The translations under genes were made by a program, and so were the position numbers. Shown here one piece after another: positions 29,290 through 38,233 of a DNA stretch of 64,000 nucleotides; the first letter of the stretch is position 1, and each line of letters begins with the position of its first letter. The notes beneath the pieces are model-generated. The model was not told where the DNA came from. It saw nothing but the letters and a program-made list of their open reading frames with translations, and made no database searches. This stretch comes from Oscillospiraceae bacterium (lineage in GTDB: Bacteria; Bacillota; Clostridia; Oscillospirales; CAG-272): NCBI GenBank assembly GCA_015063325.1, contig SVUK01000006.1:67239-131238 (forward strand), in the 5' to 3' direction.

Positions 29290-29973
29290 ATGGAAACCAC
29301 GAATCAAAAAATGAGAATGCGCCTGCTTCGGTTGATCGGCGTGGCACTTTTTACGGCTTTGGCGTATGTTATTATGTTGCTCATTCATTTTCCGGTGTCG
29401 TTTTTGACGTTGGATTTGAAGGATGCGGTTATTACTCTTTGCGGACTCTGTTTCGGACCGATTTCGGCGCTCGTCTCGTCGGTGACCGTCGCGCTTGTGG
29501 AGATGGTTACAGTCAGTTCCACGGGCGTTTACGGATTTGTTATGAACGCATTGAGCACCGCCGCCTTCTCGGTGACCGTTAGCTTGATCTATAAGTACAA
29601 AAAAAACTTTTTGGGAGCCATTATCGGACTTCTTTCGGGCGTTTTTGCTGTAACGGCTGTCATGATGATTTTCAACTTGATCGTAACGCCTTATTATATG
29701 CATGTAGAGGTCGCGCAGGTGGCAAATATGATTCCAACGCTGCTGTTGCCGTTTAATTTGGTCAAGGCAACCTTCAATGCCGCAGTTGTTTTGTTGCTTT
29801 ATAAACCGATTTCCACCGTTTTGCAGAAAATCGGCTTTTTGCCAAAATCAAACGCCGCATTCAAGTTCGATCGGCGAACAATTCTTGTCAGCCTTGCGGC
29901 AATATTGCTTATCGCCGCGTCGCTGGTCGTCGTTTTCTGCGTTTTGCACGGATCGTTTCGCTTCGGCGTGTAA
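29290..29973 (+). CDS. ribU: ECF-type riboflavin transporter S component (RibU-like), 227 aa
   Basis: Six-TM small membrane protein directly downstream of the FMN riboswitch. ATG at 29290 follows AAGAGGAG. The track start at 29176 would run through the riboswitch. Confidence 0.8.
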   Translation: METTNQKMRMRLLRLIGVALFTALAYVIMLLIHFPVSFLTLDLKDAVITLCGLCFGPISALVSSVTVALVEMVTVSSTGVYGFVMNALSTAAFSVTVSLIYKYKKNFLGAIIGLLSGVFAVTAVMMIFNLIVTPYYMHVEVAQVANMIPTLLLPFNLVKATFNAAVVLLLYKPISTVLQKIGFLPKSNAAFKFDRRTILVSLAAILLIAASLVVVFCVLHGSFRFGV

Positions 29974-29974
29974 G

Positions 29975-30015
29975 AAAAAAAGAACATTCCGCGATGGGCG
30001 GAATGTTCTTTTTTC
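29975..30015 (+). terminator. Rho-independent terminator after ribU
   Basis: aaaaaAGAACATTCCGCgatggGCGGAATGTTCTttttt. Confidence 0.85.
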
Positions 30016-30017
30016 TC

Positions 30018-30046
30018 TTGACAAATCCAACCAAATCCGTTACAAT
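30018..30046 (+). promoter_or_regulatory. Consensus sigma-A-type promoter
   Basis: TTGACA (30018-30023), 17-nt spacer, TACAAT (30041-30046). Confidence 0.6.
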
Positions 30047-30083
30047 AAAAAGGAAGAAAAACGAAACGAGAGGAGCCGAAGAA

Positions 30084-30575
30084 ATGCGCGAGGCCATTGC
30101 AGATTTCTTTTTGAATAAAGTCGGGCGCGAGCTGTGCGTGTTTTTCTGCTCGATCATTCCTGTCATTGAGTGCCGCGGCGCCGTTCCGCTGGGATGCGGA
30201 ATGGGACTTCCTTGGTGGCAGACTTTTTTGCTTGCCGTTGCCGGAAATTTGTTGCCGGTACCGTTTATTCTCTTGTTGATTCGCGCCGTCATCAAATGGA
30301 TGACAAATAGCAAGATCAAGTTTTTCAATCGATTTGCCGGGTGGCTGAATCGAAAGGTGGAAAAGCACAAAGGGAAGATTGAGAAATATTCCTATTGGGG
30401 CGTGGTGCTGTTTGTTGCCATTCCCATTCCGGGAACCGGCGCGTGGACGGGCTCGCTCATCGCCGGGGTATTGGAGTTGGATTTCAAAAAATCCATGCTG
30501 GCGGCAACGCTTGGCGTGCTGATTGCAACAACCATTATGACCATCATTTCCTACGCCGTGAAAGCGGTTGTATAA
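30084..30575 (+). CDS. Small membrane protein, COG2426 / small multidrug export (Sm_multidrug_ex)-like, 163 aa
   Basis: IIPVIECRGAVPLG...AVAGNLLPVPFILL...VAIPIPGTGAWTGSLIAG pattern. ATG at 30084 follows GAGAGGAG. Confidence 0.65.
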   Translation: MREAIADFFLNKVGRELCVFFCSIIPVIECRGAVPLGCGMGLPWWQTFLLAVAGNLLPVPFILLLIRAVIKWMTNSKIKFFNRFAGWLNRKVEKHKGKIEKYSYWGVVLFVAIPIPGTGAWTGSLIAGVLELDFKKSMLAATLGVLIATTIMTIISYAVKAVV

Positions 30576-30576
30576 C

Positions 30577-30617
30577 AAAAAACCGGGATTTGAATTTTTC
30601 AAATCCCGGTTTTTTTT
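30577..30617. terminator. Bidirectional terminator
   Basis: aaaaaaCCGGGATTTGAatttTTCAAATCCCGGtttttttt. Confidence 0.85.
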
Positions 30618-30625
30618 GGGGGGTG

Positions 30626-31843
30626 TCATTCAGTCATTTTTTCAATGGGATAGTATTTTGCAAGACCGCCGGTGGAGGTTTCTCTATAGCCAAGCGGAAG
30701 ATCCATGCCTGTGTTGTACATTGTTTTCACAATCAGGTCAAAACTGATCTTGCGCGAATCGGCAAGAAAATTGGCAATCGAAAGCGCGTTGATGGCGCGC
30801 ATTGCCGCAACGGCGTTCCGCTCAATGCAGGGGATTTGTACCAAACCGCCGATCGGGTCGCAGGTCAAGCCCAAATGATGTTCCATGGCAACCTCGGCGG
30901 CGTAGTCAATTTGGTCAAAACCCATTTCAAACAGTTCGGCAAGCGCAACCGCCGCCATCGAGCAGGCAGAGCCGATCTCCGCCTGACAGCCGCATTCCGC
31001 ACCGCTGATCGAGGCGTTCGTTTTGATCACGTTGCCGGCAATGCCTGCGCTGGCGAGCGCATGAACAATTTGCAAATCGGAAAATCCGCGCGCCTCCTGC
31101 ATATACCGAAGTACGGCAGGGACAACGCCCGAAGCGCCGCAGGTCGGAGCAGTCACAATCACGCCACCGGCGGCATTTTCCTCACCAACGGCAAACGCAT
31201 AGGCGGAAACCAGGCGATTTTCTTTTGTTTGCGGCGATTCGTCAATATGCCGCCCTTGGTAAATAATCCGGGCGCGCCGCTGGGTGTCCAAACCGCCGGG
31301 CAAAATTCCGGTTGCGGAAATGCCGCGGTTGACGGCGGCTTTCATAGTCTCCCAAACCTCGGTAAGGTAGTCGATGATTTCAACCCCTTCTTTTTCAACA
31401 ACATATTGCCAAAGCCGGATATTCCGGCGCGCACATTCGGCGGTAATATCGGCAAAGGTGGAAAGATCATAAACATCCGGCGCTTGTTCTTCCGGTTCCT
31501 CCCCGTCCCAAACGATTGCTCCGCCGCCAACGCTCCAAACGCGCTTTTGGCAAAGCTCTTTTTCGCCGGCAAACAGAGTAATATCCATCATATTCGGGTG
31601 GCGAATGGTAGGCGTTTCGCGGTCGAAAATCACCTCTCCCACAAGCGGCTCCAACGTTTCGCGAATCACGCGATCGGTGCCATGACCCTCGCCGGTCTTG
31701 GCGAGTGAACCGTACAAAACGACCCGATAGCGGTCGGCAGAGGGGAAGCATGCTTTGATTTGTTTGCAGGCGCGTTCGGGACCCATGGTGTGGGAGCTGG
31801 AAGGTCCGCGCCCGATGCGGTAAATTTCACGAATGGATTGCAT
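30626..31843 (-). CDS. sdaA: L-serine ammonia-lyase (iron-sulfur dependent, single-chain form)
   Basis: MQSIREIYRIGRGPSSSHTMGP, TAPTCGASG, GAECGCQAEIGSA, LTCDPIGGLVQIPCIERNA. Confidence 0.9.
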   Translation of the reverse strand: MQSIREIYRIGRGPSSSHTMGPERACKQIKACFPSADRYRVVLYGSLAKTGEGHGTDRVIRETLEPLVGEVIFDRETPTIRHPNMMDITLFAGEKELCQKRVWSVGGGAIVWDGEEPEEQAPDVYDLSTFADITAECARRNIRLWQYVVEKEGVEIIDYLTEVWETMKAAVNRGISATGILPGGLDTQRRARIIYQGRHIDESPQTKENRLVSAYAFAVGEENAAGGVIVTAPTCGASGVVPAVLRYMQEARGFSDLQIVHALASAGIAGNVIKTNASISGAECGCQAEIGSACSMAAVALAELFEMGFDQIDYAAEVAMEHHLGLTCDPIGGLVQIPCIERNAVAAMRAINALSIANFLADSRKISFDLIVKTMYNTGMDLPLGYRETSTGGLAKYYPIEKMTE

Positions 31844-32012
31844 GGCAAAAATCCTTTCCGAAAGATTTCTGTTTTTTATTTGTTTTACGTTCCTATTTTA
31901 TTATTTTTCCAAACATCTGTCAATTTTTTTGTGGAAAAACACAAAAAAATGATAAGAGAATTCAAACTCTTTGTATTTAATCAAGACAAATCGACAAAAA
32001 TTCCAAAACCCC

Positions 32013-32041
32013 TTGCAATTTCTTCCTATCTATGCTATAAT
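32013..32041 (+). promoter_or_regulatory. Sigma-A-type promoter for the SAM riboswitch and metK
   Basis: TTGCAA (32013-32018), 17-nt spacer, TATAAT (32036-32041). Confidence 0.65.
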
Positions 32042-32060
32042 ATAACAGTAAATTGAATCA

Positions 32061-32180
32061 TTCTTATCAAGAGTAACGGAGTGACCGGCACGATGATGTT
32101 ACAGCAACCTGCCCACGCGGTAAGGTGCTAAATCCGAGGAGATGAGAGCAAAAAGGCTCCGTCTGCGGAGCCTTTTTTAT
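32061..32180 (+). promoter_or_regulatory. SAM-I riboswitch (S-box) with an intrinsic terminator
   Basis: TTCTTATCAAGAGTAACGGAGTGACCGGCACGATGA...GCAACC...AAGGTGCTAAATCCGAGGAGATGAGAG, followed by AAAAAGGCTCCGtctgCGGAGCCTTTTTT (32150-32178). Confidence 0.9.
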
Positions 32181-32234
32181 GTCCGAAAGTAGGGAAGAAT
32201 GATCCATACCCGAGCCGAACCTGACCGGGGAAAC

Positions 32235-32265
32235 AGAAAGGGATAGAGAAAGGGATAGAGAAAGA
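32235..32265 (+). repeat. 12-bp tandem repeat (2.6 copies) abutting the metK start codon
   Basis: AGAAAGGGATAG AGAAAGGGATAG AGAAAGA, followed by cc and ATG (32268). Confidence 0.85.
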
Positions 32266-32267
32266 CC

Positions 32268-33452
32268 ATGAAGACAAAACTTTTTACCAGCGAATCGGTT
32301 ACCGAGGGACATCCCGATAAGATTTGCGACAAGATCTCGGATGCGATCCTGGACGAAATGCTCCGGCAGGACCCTATGTCGCGCGTTGCCTGCGAAACCT
32401 TCGTTACCACGGGTATGGTCTGCGTGATGGGCGAGGTGACCACCCACGCCGACGTGGATATTCAGGCGGTGGTGCGCGAAACGATTCGCAGCATCGGTTA
32501 TGACCGAGCCAAATACGGCTTTGACTGTGACAGTTGCGCCGTCATCACCTCGTTGCACGAGCAGTCGGCAGATATTGCTTTGGGCGTGGACAAGTCGTTG
32601 GAAGCGAAAAACGGCGAAAGCGACGGTATGGATACCGGAGCCGGCGACCAGGGGTTGATGTTCGGTTATGCCTGCAACGAAACGCCGGAGCTGATGCCTC
32701 TGCCCATTTCGCTTGCACATCGGCTTGCCAAACGGCTGACCGAAGTCCGCAAGAACGGAACGCTCTCCTATCTGCGCCCGGACGGCAAAACGCAGGTGAC
32801 CATTGAATATGACGAAAACAATATCCCTCTGCGCGTGGATACCGTTGTCATTTCCTCCCAGCATAGCGACAAAGTCGAGCTTGCCACCATTCGGGAAGAT
32901 ATTATCCGCGAGGTGATCGCCCCCGTCATTCCCAAAGAGATGATGGATGAGAAAACCAAAATTTTCGTCAACCCCACCGGGCGGTTCGTCATCGGCGGAC
33001 CTGCCGGAGATACGGGTCTGACCGGCAGAAAGATCATTGTGGACACCTACGGCGGCTATGCTCGCCACGGCGGCGGCGCTTTCTCTGGCAAAGACCCGAC
33101 CAAGGTAGACCGCTCTGCTTGCTATGCCGCACGGTATATTGCTAAAAATGTAGTTAAGGCAGGGCTTGCCGACCGGTGCGAAGTTCAGGTGGCGTATGCT
33201 ATTGGCGTTGCAAAGCCGGTTTCTCTGCGTATCGATACCTTTGGAACGGCGACCGTACCCGAAGAGAAAATCGAAAAAGCAATTTCCGAGCTGGTCGATC
33301 TGCGCCCGGCGGCGATTATTCAAAAATTTGATCTGCGCCGTCCCATCTATTGCAATCTTGCCGCCTATGGGCATATGGGACGTGAGGATCTCGGCGCGCC
33401 GTGGGAGAACTGTGATCTCGTTGATGCGCTCAAAAAGGTGGTTCGTACATAA
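32268..33452 (+). CDS. metK: S-adenosylmethionine synthetase
   Basis: [53 protein letters not shown]. Confidence 0.97.
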   Translation: MKTKLFTSESVTEGHPDKICDKISDAILDEMLRQDPMSRVACETFVTTGMVCVMGEVTTHADVDIQAVVRETIRSIGYDRAKYGFDCDSCAVITSLHEQSADIALGVDKSLEAKNGESDGMDTGAGDQGLMFGYACNETPELMPLPISLAHRLAKRLTEVRKNGTLSYLRPDGKTQVTIEYDENNIPLRVDTVVISSQHSDKVELATIREDIIREVIAPVIPKEMMDEKTKIFVNPTGRFVIGGPAGDTGLTGRKIIVDTYGGYARHGGGAFSGKDPTKVDRSACYAARYIAKNVVKAGLADRCEVQVAYAIGVAKPVSLRIDTFGTATVPEEKIEKAISELVDLRPAAIIQKFDLRRPIYCNLAAYGHMGREDLGAPWENCDLVDALKKVVRT

Positions 33453-33468
33453 CAGGTATAAAAAAGCA

Positions 33469-33526
33469 AAGCATAAATATAAAAGTATAAGTATAAATAT
33501 AAGCGAAAGTATAAATATAAGCAAAA
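33469..33526 (+). repeat. Imperfect AT-rich tandem repeat of about 18 bp (about 3 copies) between metK and recD2
   Basis: aaGCATAAATATAAAAgtataa GTATAAATATAAGCGAAA GTATAAATATAAGCAAAA. Confidence 0.75.
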
Positions 33527-33546
33527 TAGAAGGGAAGGACGGAACA

Positions 33547-35805
33547 ATGCCATTTGATGAATCGTTTATGCAGTCTCCGATAGACGAAAACGATCAGGAC
33601 GGCTTGCTCCGTCTTTTCGGTTCCGTGGAACATGTGATCTATCAAAACGAAGAGAACGGCTACAGTATTTGCGATTTCAGCACCGATCGGGGCGAGTTGT
33701 TCACCATCGTTGGTATCATGCCGGATGTTGGAGAGGGCGATTCGCTTTCCATTTCGGGAAAATGGGTCAACAACTCCAAATACGGAAGACAGTTTCGCGT
33801 GGAAAGTTGCGAAAAAAAGATGCCGGTTGGCAGTGTTGCCATTCTGCGCTATCTTTCCTCGGGCGCCATTCGCGGCATCGGTCCCAAAACCGCGCGCCGA
33901 ATTGTCGATCTTTACGGCGACGAAACTTTTGAGGTCATGGAGAAACATCCCGAATGGCTTGCCGAAATTCCGGGAATTACACGCAAACGCGCACGGGAGA
34001 TTGCCGAAGATTTTCGCAAAAAAGCCGGTATCCGCGCGGCAATGCTCTTTTTCCGTGATTTTTTCGGTCCGACCGCAACGGTCCGCATCTATAAAAAATG
34101 GGGCAGTGCCGCCATTGATATTGCCAAGCGTAACCCCTATCGGCTTTGCGAGGAGATCGACGGTATCGGATTTGAACGCGTCGACAAAATGGCGTTTCAA
34201 CTCGGACTGCAACCCGATTCTCCCGAGCGCCTTTCCAGCGGAATCTGTTATTTGCTCGGCGTAAACGCTCGTCAAAATGGGCATGTCTGCCTGCCGCGAG
34301 AAGTTGCCGAGGAAAGCGCCGCGGCGCTGTTGGGCGTTTTGATCGAGCAAACGCATCAAACAATCGACGAATTGCTTGCCGTCGGAAAATTGCGGCAGGT
34401 GCTTCTTTCTGATCATCCGTTTCTGTACGATCCAAAACAATACGAAGAGGAGCTATACGTTGCAAAAAAGATGATTCTTTTGGATCAGGTTTGCCCGGCA
34501 ATGGATACGGCAAATATCGGCGCCGTATTGCGCCGCGAGGAAGCCGAGAGCGGAATTGAATACGCCGCCCAACAGCGAAAGGCAATTAAGGGAGCCTTGG
34601 AAAACGGCGTGCTGGTTCTGACCGGCGGTCCCGGAACCGGAAAAACGACAGTTGTTCGCGCATTGTTGCATATTTTTCAGAGTATGGGGGAACACCCGGT
34701 GCTCACAGCTCCTACCGGACGCGCCGCAAAACGGTTATCCGAAGCCACGTCTTGCGAGGCAAAGACCATTCATCGCCTGTTGGAATACGGCGGCGAGGAG
34801 GGGAATCGTCCAACCTTTCATCGCAACGAGTTTGCCCTTTTGGAGGAAACGGCGATTATCGTGGACGAAGCGTCCATGGTGGATAATGCACTGATGTGTG
34901 CGCTACTCAAAGCGATCAAACCCGGTGCGCGATTGATTTTGATCGGGGACAGCGATCAACTCCCTTCGGTTGGCGCAGGAAACGTTTTGCATGATATTAT
35001 TGAAAGCGAACGCTTTTTTACAGTTCGGCTGGAAGAAATTTTTCGGCAGGCGCAAAAAAGCCTGATCGTCACCAATGCCCATGCCGTCAACCGCGGTGAA
35101 ATGCCTGATTTGAAAACGAAGGATAACGATTTCTTTTTCCTTCCGCGCCCCGGCGATGCCGCCATTGCCGCAACCATATCCGAACTTTGCGCAACCCGAC
35201 TGCCCAAAAGCTACGGCGAGGTGGGCGTTGCCGGCGTGCAGGTGATTGCGCCATCGCGCAAAGGGGAAGTGGGAACCGAGGCGCTCAACCGCCGATTGCA
35301 GGAAGTTCTGAATCCGCCCGAGAGCGGAAAGGCAGAATTCCGTTTCCGGGAAATTGTTTTTCGCGAGGGCGACCGGGTCATGCAGATTCGCAACGATTAT
35401 GATTTGGAATGGGTGCAAACCAACGGAGTCGAGGGGGCAGGCGTTTTTAACGGCGATGTGGGCGTCGTTGCCGAAATTCGCGCGCAGGATTCCTGTATGG
35501 TCGTCCGTTTTGACGATAAGACCGTACGATATGACCTGAATATGTTGGAAGATTTAGAGCCAGCTTATGCGGTAACCGTGCATAAAAGTCAGGGTAGCGA
35601 GTACCCCATCGTTGTCATGCCGGTCAGCGACCGAACACCGCCCATGCTCCTATCGCGAAACCTGCTCTACACGGCTGTCACGCGCGCACAGACCATGGTG
35701 ATTTTGGTGGGCAGTGAAACGGCAATCGGGCGCATGGTGGCGAATAACCGACAAACCAGACGCTATACCGGACTTGCACAGAATTTACGGGAGATCGGAA
35801 TATGA
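33547..35805 (+). CDS. recD2: RecD2-type (RecD/TraA family) ATP-dependent DNA helicase, 752 aa
   Basis: Walker A GGPGTGKTT, IVDEASMVD, LILIGDSDQLPSVGAGNVL, and C-terminal AYAVTVHKSQGSEYP...LLYTAVTRA. ATG at 33547. The track start at 33166 overlaps metK. Confidence 0.9.
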   Translation: MPFDESFMQSPIDENDQDGLLRLFGSVEHVIYQNEENGYSICDFSTDRGELFTIVGIMPDVGEGDSLSISGKWVNNSKYGRQFRVESCEKKMPVGSVAILRYLSSGAIRGIGPKTARRIVDLYGDETFEVMEKHPEWLAEIPGITRKRAREIAEDFRKKAGIRAAMLFFRDFFGPTATVRIYKKWGSAAIDIAKRNPYRLCEEIDGIGFERVDKMAFQLGLQPDSPERLSSGICYLLGVNARQNGHVCLPREVAEESAAALLGVLIEQTHQTIDELLAVGKLRQVLLSDHPFLYDPKQYEEELYVAKKMILLDQVCPAMDTANIGAVLRREEAESGIEYAAQQRKAIKGALENGVLVLTGGPGTGKTTVVRALLHIFQSMGEHPVLTAPTGRAAKRLSEATSCEAKTIHRLLEYGGEEGNRPTFHRNEFALLEETAIIVDEASMVDNALMCALLKAIKPGARLILIGDSDQLPSVGAGNVLHDIIESERFFTVRLEEIFRQAQKSLIVTNAHAVNRGEMPDLKTKDNDFFFLPRPGDAAIAATISELCATRLPKSYGEVGVAGVQVIAPSRKGEVGTEALNRRLQEVLNPPESGKAEFRFREIVFREGDRVMQIRNDYDLEWVQTNGVEGAGVFNGDVGVVAEIRAQDSCMVVRFDDKTVRYDLNMLEDLEPAYAVTVHKSQGSEYPIVVMPVSDRTPPMLLSRNLLYTAVTRAQTMVILVGSETAIGRMVANNRQTRRYTGLAQNLREIGI

Positions 35806-36638
35806 GAATTCTTGCCGATCTGCTTTTTCCGCCAAAGTGTCCGGCTTGCGGAGAATTGCTTCCTTACCGCGGATTCTTCGGCGCAAAAGAGGAGAAATCG
35901 AGTGCTCTTTGCGCGGAGTGTACATCCCTTTGGAAAAAAGAAAAAGAGGAATTGTGCGGCATTTGCGGCGAATCGGTTGCAAATTGCCTGTGCGCCACGA
36001 AAACAATGCAGTCTGCCGGGTGCAACTGCTTTTGCAAACTGGTCTATTATCGCCCAGGCAATAAAGAAGAGGTCGGAAATCGCATCGTTTACAGAATTAA
36101 GGATCATAATGAACGTGCCGCCGTTCTGTTTCTCGCACAGGAACTTTCCCGGGAGATTCGGAAGTGTATGGGCAGAGAGACGTGGAAGGGAAAATCCTTT
36201 TTCCTTTGCTATTTGCCGCGCCGGTCGCGCGCCGTTTTAGAGGGCGGAAGCGACCAGGCAAAAGAACTTGCCGTCGAGCTTGCAAAACGGTTGGAACTTC
36301 CGTTTCTACCGCTGATCGGCAGAAGGCAGAAAAGCCAAACGCCGCAAAAGTTTTTAACCGTCAGCGGTCGCCTTTCCAATGCGACGGAGGCGTTTTATTT
36401 GGTGGAAAAGCGCAAGGATGAAGCCGCCGGAAAAGTTGCAATTTTGGTGGATGATATCGTAACCAGCGGTGCCAGTATGACGGCAGGCATTCGTCTTTTG
36501 CGCCGCGCAGGAGCCAGCGATTTTTTGGCGGTTGCCGTGGCAAGCGACGAATGCAACAAAAATCCGAAAATCAAAGCGCCGGAAACGAGAAGCGAGTACG
36601 ATCGAATATACGAGCGATTGATTCACATGAGAAAATAA
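35802..36638 (+). CDS. comFC: ComF family protein (ComFC-like phosphoribosyltransferase-fold protein with an N-terminal Cys-rich motif)
   Basis: PPKCPACGE...CAEC...CGICGE cysteine clusters. PRTase motif ILVDDIVTSGASM. The ATG overlaps the recD2 stop (ATGA). Confidence 0.8.
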   Translation: MRILADLLFPPKCPACGELLPYRGFFGAKEEKSSALCAECTSLWKKEKEELCGICGESVANCLCATKTMQSAGCNCFCKLVYYRPGNKEEVGNRIVYRIKDHNERAAVLFLAQELSREIRKCMGRETWKGKSFFLCYLPRRSRAVLEGGSDQAKELAVELAKRLELPFLPLIGRRQKSQTPQKFLTVSGRLSNATEAFYLVEKRKDEAAGKVAILVDDIVTSGASMTAGIRLLRRAGASDFLAVAVASDECNKNPKIKAPETRSEYDRIYERLIHMRK

Positions 36639-36656
36639 CAGGGAGGAACAAACCTG

Positions 36657-38096
36657 ATGAATTATCTGATTCAAAACAGAGAGCCGATATCGGTTTTTCA
36701 CTATTTCGAGGAAATCTGCGCGATTCCGCACGGATCGTACCACGAAGAAAAGCTTGCCGATTATCTTGTGCGTTTTGCCGCCGATCGGGGACTTTTCTGC
36801 ACCCGTGACAAAATGAATAACGTGTTTATAAAACTTCCGGCGTCGTCCGACCGTGCCGGAGAAGCGCCGATCTTGTTTCAGGGGCATATCGATATGGTAT
36901 GTGAAAAGGACGGCGATGTGGAACATGATTTTTTAACCGATCCGCTCTCACTTTATTTGGAAAAAGATCTGCTCCGTGCGCGCGGAACCACGCTGGGCGG
37001 CGACGATGGAATTGCCGTTGCCATGATGCTCGCCCTGTTGGATGGCGCAATTCCGTCTCATCCGGCTTTTGAATGTTTGTTTACCACTGCCGAGGAAGTC
37101 GGCTTGGACGGCGCAAAAGCGTTCGATTATTCACAAATTGCGGCAACGAGAATGCTTAATTTGGATAGCGAGGATCTTGGAATTGTAACGGCAGGGTGCG
37201 CCGGCGGCGTTCGTACCGATCTTTCGCTCTCCTATTCTACCGTTCCCTGCAAAGGTAGCGGCTTGAATGTCCGCATTTGCGGACTTGCGGGGGGGCATTC
37301 CGGCGCCGATATTACGCGCGGACGTGCTAACGCCAACCGGCTGATGGGGCGGTTACTGACCGGGCTTGCCAAAAAGCAGGAGATTCACTTGATTTCCATA
37401 GAGGGCGGCTCCAAAGACAATGCTATTCCGCGCGAATGCGGTGCGAAAATCGCAGTTACTAATTTGAAAAAAGCCATCGCGTTCTTGCAAAAAGCCGGGA
37501 AGGAAATCTTCCGGGAACTTTCCGCAGAAGATTCCGGATTCCGCCTGTTGATCGATCCCATCCAATCTCCCAAAGAAACGCTTTCAAGGAGCGATACCGA
37601 CCGCGCGCTTGCCGTTCTGACCTGCTCGCAGATCGGCGTAATGGAAATGAGCAAACAGATTCCCGGACTTGTTGAATCCTCGCGCAACCTCGGCGTTGTT
37701 CGCAGCACGAGCAAAAAATTGACCTTCATCTTTTCCGGGCGTTCCTCGGTGGAAGCACAGCTGGACGCCATGCAAAACGAATTGGACCTATTTGCCCAAA
37801 TGACGGGGTGCACCGCGCGCCACCACAGCCGTTATCCCGGTTGGGATTATGCGCCAGAGTCGGCAATCCGCACCGCGTATTGCAAAGCATACGAAAAGGT
37901 AACGGGAAGGAAAGCCGTGGTCAACGTTATCCATGCCGGATTGGAGTGCGGAATCATTCGTTCCCATCTTCCCGAATTAGATATGATCTCCATCGGACCC
38001 GATCTGCGCGATATCCATTCCCCCAACGAGGCGCTGGTGCTCCCTTCGGTAACCACTTTTTGGAAGGTTTTGGAAGAATTGATTCAAAACCTATAG
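36657..38096 (+). CDS. pepD: Aminoacyl-histidine (Xaa-His) dipeptidase, M20 family
   Basis: FEEICAIPHGSYHEEKLADYL..., QGHIDMVCEK, GTTLGGDDGIAVA, TTAEEVGLDGA, and IHAGLECG near the C-terminus. Confidence 0.85.
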   Translation: MNYLIQNREPISVFHYFEEICAIPHGSYHEEKLADYLVRFAADRGLFCTRDKMNNVFIKLPASSDRAGEAPILFQGHIDMVCEKDGDVEHDFLTDPLSLYLEKDLLRARGTTLGGDDGIAVAMMLALLDGAIPSHPAFECLFTTAEEVGLDGAKAFDYSQIAATRMLNLDSEDLGIVTAGCAGGVRTDLSLSYSTVPCKGSGLNVRICGLAGGHSGADITRGRANANRLMGRLLTGLAKKQEIHLISIEGGSKDNAIPRECGAKIAVTNLKKAIAFLQKAGKEIFRELSAEDSGFRLLIDPIQSPKETLSRSDTDRALAVLTCSQIGVMEMSKQIPGLVESSRNLGVVRSTSKKLTFIFSGRSSVEAQLDAMQNELDLFAQMTGCTARHHSRYPGWDYAPESAIRTAYCKAYEKVTGRKAVVNVIHAGLECGIIRSHLPELDMISIGPDLRDIHSPNEALVLPSVTTFWKVLEELIQNL

Positions 38097-38177
38097 AATG
38101 AAATTGTCATAAGATAGAATGAAATTGTCATAAGGTGGAATAAAATTGTCATAAGGTAGAATAAAAATGCCATAAGG
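38094..38177 (+). repeat. 21-bp tandem repeat in 4 copies, starting on the pepD stop codon
   Basis: TAGAATGAAATTGTCATAAGA / TAGAATGAAATTGTCATAAGG / TGGAATAAAATTGTCATAAGG / TAGAATAAAAATGCCATAAGG. Confidence 0.92.
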
Positions 38178-38180
38178 CAT

Positions 38181-38225
38181 AAAAAACTCCGCAAATCCTT
38201 CCGATCGGATTTGCGGAGCTTTTTT
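38181..38225. terminator. Bidirectional terminator between the convergent pepD and tmk genes
   Basis: aaaaaaCTCCGCAAATCCttccgatcGGATTTGCGGAGctttttt. Confidence 0.88.
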
Positions 38226-38233
38226 CAATTTCT

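Noticed and set aside
29799-33524. ORFs 29799-30629 (-), 30395-31708 (+) and 32067-33524 (-)
   Set aside because: Each lies opposite a well-supported gene or element (ribU and the small membrane protein, sdaA, or metK with its riboswitch). None has a conserved motif.
33166-33546. N-terminal extensions of track ORFs. Examples: 33166 for recD2, 29176 for ribU, 52558 for lgt, 53567 for CPBP, 41358 for yigZ, 46434 for the lipoprotein, 6442 for STAS, 24485 for rpsL, 25042 for rpsG.
   Set aside because: The extensions overlap upstream genes, riboswitches or repeats and lack homology-like sequence. Internal starts with proper SD spacing give canonical N-termini.
38094-38177. The tandem-repeat arrays (also 33469-33526, 51097-51180, 58461-58540) considered as CRISPR arrays
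   Set aside because: The units are contiguous with no unique spacers. Units are 8-21 bp, which is too short. They are AT-rich and non-palindromic, and no cas genes are in the window.
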